From positions 28,768,001 through 28,832,000 of the forward strand of contig CM120642.1 of the NCBI GenBank assembly GCA_051362555.1: DNA of 64,000 nt, read 5' to 3'. The notes under the pieces are model-generated. The model saw nothing but the letters and a program-made list of their open reading frames with translations, did not search any database and was not told where the DNA came from. Shown piece after piece: positions 60,971-64,000 of this stretch; the stretch's first letter is position 1, and every line of letters starts with the position of its first letter. Origin of the DNA: Lingula anatina. Taxonomy: Eukaryota > Animalia > Brachiopoda. Position numbers and translations under genes: made by a program.

Positions 60971-61955
60971 CCTTTTTTCTGTGAATGACAAACCTCTAAC
61001 CTAAATTTTATTTCCTGCGTGCTGTCCCTGTAATCCAGTACAGTTACCTGACCCTATGGGCCCCACCAAGTAGCTCGCACACCATTCATCAGTTTTTCTC
61101 CAACTACGATGGCAATCCCATCTCAAATTATTGCAGTTTTAATCGGTATCAATTTCTTAGTCTGTCATTAGTTTTCTATTTTTCACCGCTCCTTGACACG
61201 CCCCATTGCTATATCACAACAAGATCGAAAGTCACTTCCCACAGACAACATAATTTTTTGTCATTCAACCTTTTGTTAAAAACTACAGCAAGGTACTAAA
61301 TAAAAAACAAAAGAGCCACATTTTAGGAATTTTGCATTTTAAATTATACTTATAGCATAAAGAAAAAGAAAGGAGACAATGATAAATGACAGTCGGACAT
61401 GCACGGTCAGTAACACCTGTAACTTGGTCAGTTGCAACAAGAAAAACTGGTCATGACTCGTCAACGAAGAAGATTAACGATCTTTTTAACGGTCATATAA
61501 GTCCACCTGCAGGCCCGCTAAAAACGGGTAACGTGAGCAAGACTCTAGAACGGGAATGAGTTGAGGATGGAAGGAGGTAGAACGAAGGAAGTACCAATGT
61601 TTCTGAAACATTTTAAAGGTAATGTTTAAAACTTCTACGGATGTCATTTTTGCTTTGATTGTTGAAATCGACGCAGACGTGCCTTTGCTCCTCCGTTCAG
61701 TGTTAGCCCTCTGACAGTTCAGATTATCGTATTATATCGATCATCGACCGCCCTCTGTAGCACGTTACTAATCAATCAAGCGTTTCTGAGCTATAACGCA
61801 CTGTCACGTGACCAAGCTTTACGAGCACCGGACTTTGAAGTGTGGGAATTTTGTGTTTGATTTCCTTTACAGGTTTCAGATAATCCGTCGCCGTGGCGCT
61901 GTGCAGATGTCTAAGACGGAGGGGAAAAAACGAGAGAGAGAAAAAGAGAAAAAAG

Positions 61956-63046
61956 ATGGGGAAAAAGAACAGCAAAATGCTGATACCTTTAGATGTGCTG
62001 GTGGAGCTTCAAGAACGAACCTATTGTGAGTAATAAGAGCAGCGACTTCGATGTTGTATCAATCGACCGGTTATTGATACCGTAGGCGGTCCATTTCTAT
62101 AACTCTGATGTTTACCTAGGATTGCGTCATTCATGTTAAGAATAACAGACTGTTTTTTGCGTCAATACACAAGTGGACAACTACAAGTAGTAGCGATATC
62201 GATGTTAATTTGATCACAGTTAAATTTTTTATTTAAATAACTATAGATTTTAATAATATTTCATTAAAGTATATAGAAACTCTTTAACCTATCATGTTTC
62301 TTTTTATTTTAGTTAACGAAACGGAATTAGAAAGTTGGTAAGTGTGGACACATATTTGCAACAAAATAAATATATTCTTTTGTGATGGAATCCTAATTGT
62401 TCACTAATTAGTAAAACCAATTATAGAAACATGAATTGACAATTGGAATGTGCGAGGTAAAGCTAAGACCTGTTCAGATGGGGACATGAATTATAGATTA
62501 TATGTGTATCAGTGGCATTCTTCAGAGAACTGAAGATATTGATCTATTGTTTTAGTACCAATATGGTGGTATGTCAGGAGTTATATGTAATCAATAATAC
62601 ATGTAACAGCATGCTACCTAGAGAGATTGCTACCAGATATTGATATTTTGTATTAGCATTTATAGGTGTTATATTTCCGATATCTGTTAATCACTGACTG
62701 TTTCTCTTTCATTTCATCCTTTCTTCCTTCTATCCTTCTGCTGTGCCCCCTCTTTGTTCTAGATTTTTAGATTCATATAAATTCTCTCTCTTTTTCTCTC
62801 TCTCTCTGTTCTTAATTTCAGTTTGTAATAGTGGTTTCAGTCTGTTTTATCTCTCTCCCTCTCTCTCTCTCTGTGTGTGTGTGTGTGTTCTTTAGTTCAG
62901 TTAGTAATAGTGGTTTCAATCTGTTTTATCCCTGCCTCGCTCTCTCTCTTCTTTAGCTCAGTTTGTAATTGTAGTTTCAATCTGTTTTATCCTGTAGGTA
63001 TGCCACGTTTAAGAAGGACTGTCCTGGGGGCAAGCTCACAGAGGAG
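61956..63046 (+). CDS. Neuronal calcium sensor (NCS-1/frequenin/neurocalcin family) EF-hand protein, 5' part; continues beyond the window
   Basis: Exons 61956-62025, 62313-62337 (25-nt microexon) and 62998-63046 give MGKKNSKMLIPLDVLVELQERTYFNETELESWYATFKKDCPGGKLTEE: MGxxxSK myristoylation motif and the WY..F.KDCP.G.L EF1 signature; all junctions GT-AG and in frame. Confidence 0.9.
62817..62992. repeat. Three ~35-bp direct repeats separated by CT/GT microsatellite
   Basis: TCAGTT(T/A)GTAAT(A/T)GT(G/A)GTTTCA(G/A)TCTGTTTTATC occurs three times; the last abuts the NCS exon-3 acceptor. Confidence 0.85.
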
Positions 63047-64000
63047 GTGGGTTATTGCAATACATTAATTCATGTATATAAATATAAATGTATAGATATT
63101 CAGAACATAGAATATTTTACATAATTTTGTGCAAATCTGTACTTCTTCTTTAAACAGTGTAAGCTTTTTGGCACAGAGATACATAAAAGAGTTAATAATA
63201 ATGGGTTTTTGCGCAGGGTTCATTCAAGCATATAACTTTTATCTTTAAAAAATTTAAAAAATATTTAAACTGAATAAGTTTTAGTAGTTTAACCATAGAT
63301 GCAAAAGAAATAATCTCATCATGTTTGGAAGTTTCAGCTGAAATATTTCTTATTTTAAATAGATAAGTGTTAGTGGTTTACAAAAGAAATTATATCATCC
63401 ACATTTTTTTGTTATTTTATTTTCTCAAAGGGACATGGTTTTGCTCAAGATTTTTGCTTGCAAGTTTATAACAGACATAACTTGATAAATTCAGGATTTA
63501 CTTCACTCTGTGAATTTTCCGCAGTGTCTCTGGAGACAAACCACATTTGAAGAAGGCCGTATTTTCAGACAGCATTAAGAGCAATTGTAATCAACACATT
63601 CTGCTTATCTCATTTGTCAGTCTGAGGATGCATTTAACCTTACACTTTAAAACTCATCTTCCATGTTCTCTCTTCTGGAGAATGATATTTAAAAATAGAA
63701 CAGCTAAAACAAAAATAAGCATTCTGCCCTTGGATAGAATACCTGTTTTAGGCATTTTTGGCCTATAAACATCTCACATGTTTGATAAAACAAATAATTC
63801 CATAATCATGTATAAATGTATATGTATTTATGTAAAAGATAAAAATTGAAAATGGTATAGAAATTAGAAAAAATATGGAAAAATAATCACCAGATTTTTC
63901 AGATGCCATCTCTCTTTTGCTCTCTCTTTCTATTTCTCTCTCACACACATACACAAATCTATAGCTCAAAAGATGCACATTTGTACCGTCTGTATCAATT

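Noticed and set aside
61808-62029. ORF-track 73-aa peptide as the gene product
   Set aside because: Wrong frame; the NCS reading starts at ATG 61956.
1-64000. tRNA, rRNA or snRNA genes
   Set aside because: The few GGTTCGA motifs (about 22130, 26968, 27591, 30282) lack cloverleaf context; no rRNA or snRNA signature recognised by eye.

Overview
AT-rich, intron-rich invertebrate animal genomic DNA (lophotrochozoan/mollusc-like; taxon not provable from sequence). Genes reconstructed by hand from splice sites and reading frames: the 5' end of crumbs (- strand, runs off the window start), a complete 9-exon SLC22/Orct-like transporter (-, one GC-AG intron), a 3-exon GPI-anchored Ly6/Quiver-like three-finger gene (-) plus a decayed tandem copy, an 11-coding-exon mitoguardin (-) head-to-head with a 21-exon INTS5 (+), and the first three coding exons (one a 25-nt microexon) of a myristoylated neuronal calcium sensor gene (+, runs off the window end). 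Mobile DNA: a decayed DD34E Tc1 element, an internally deleted Penelope-like element with an inverted pLTR bearing a hammerhead-like core, hAT-like elements with 5- and 6-bp flanking duplications, and Harbinger- and Kolobok-like MITEs. The most notable structures are a 9.2-kb/2.7-kb head-to-tail duplication, the sense-strand hammerhead-like motif in an INTS5 intron, and a uORF-bearing mitoguardin 5'UTR exon bracketed by inverted repeats. I found no clearly new biological system; these are leads, not demonstrations.
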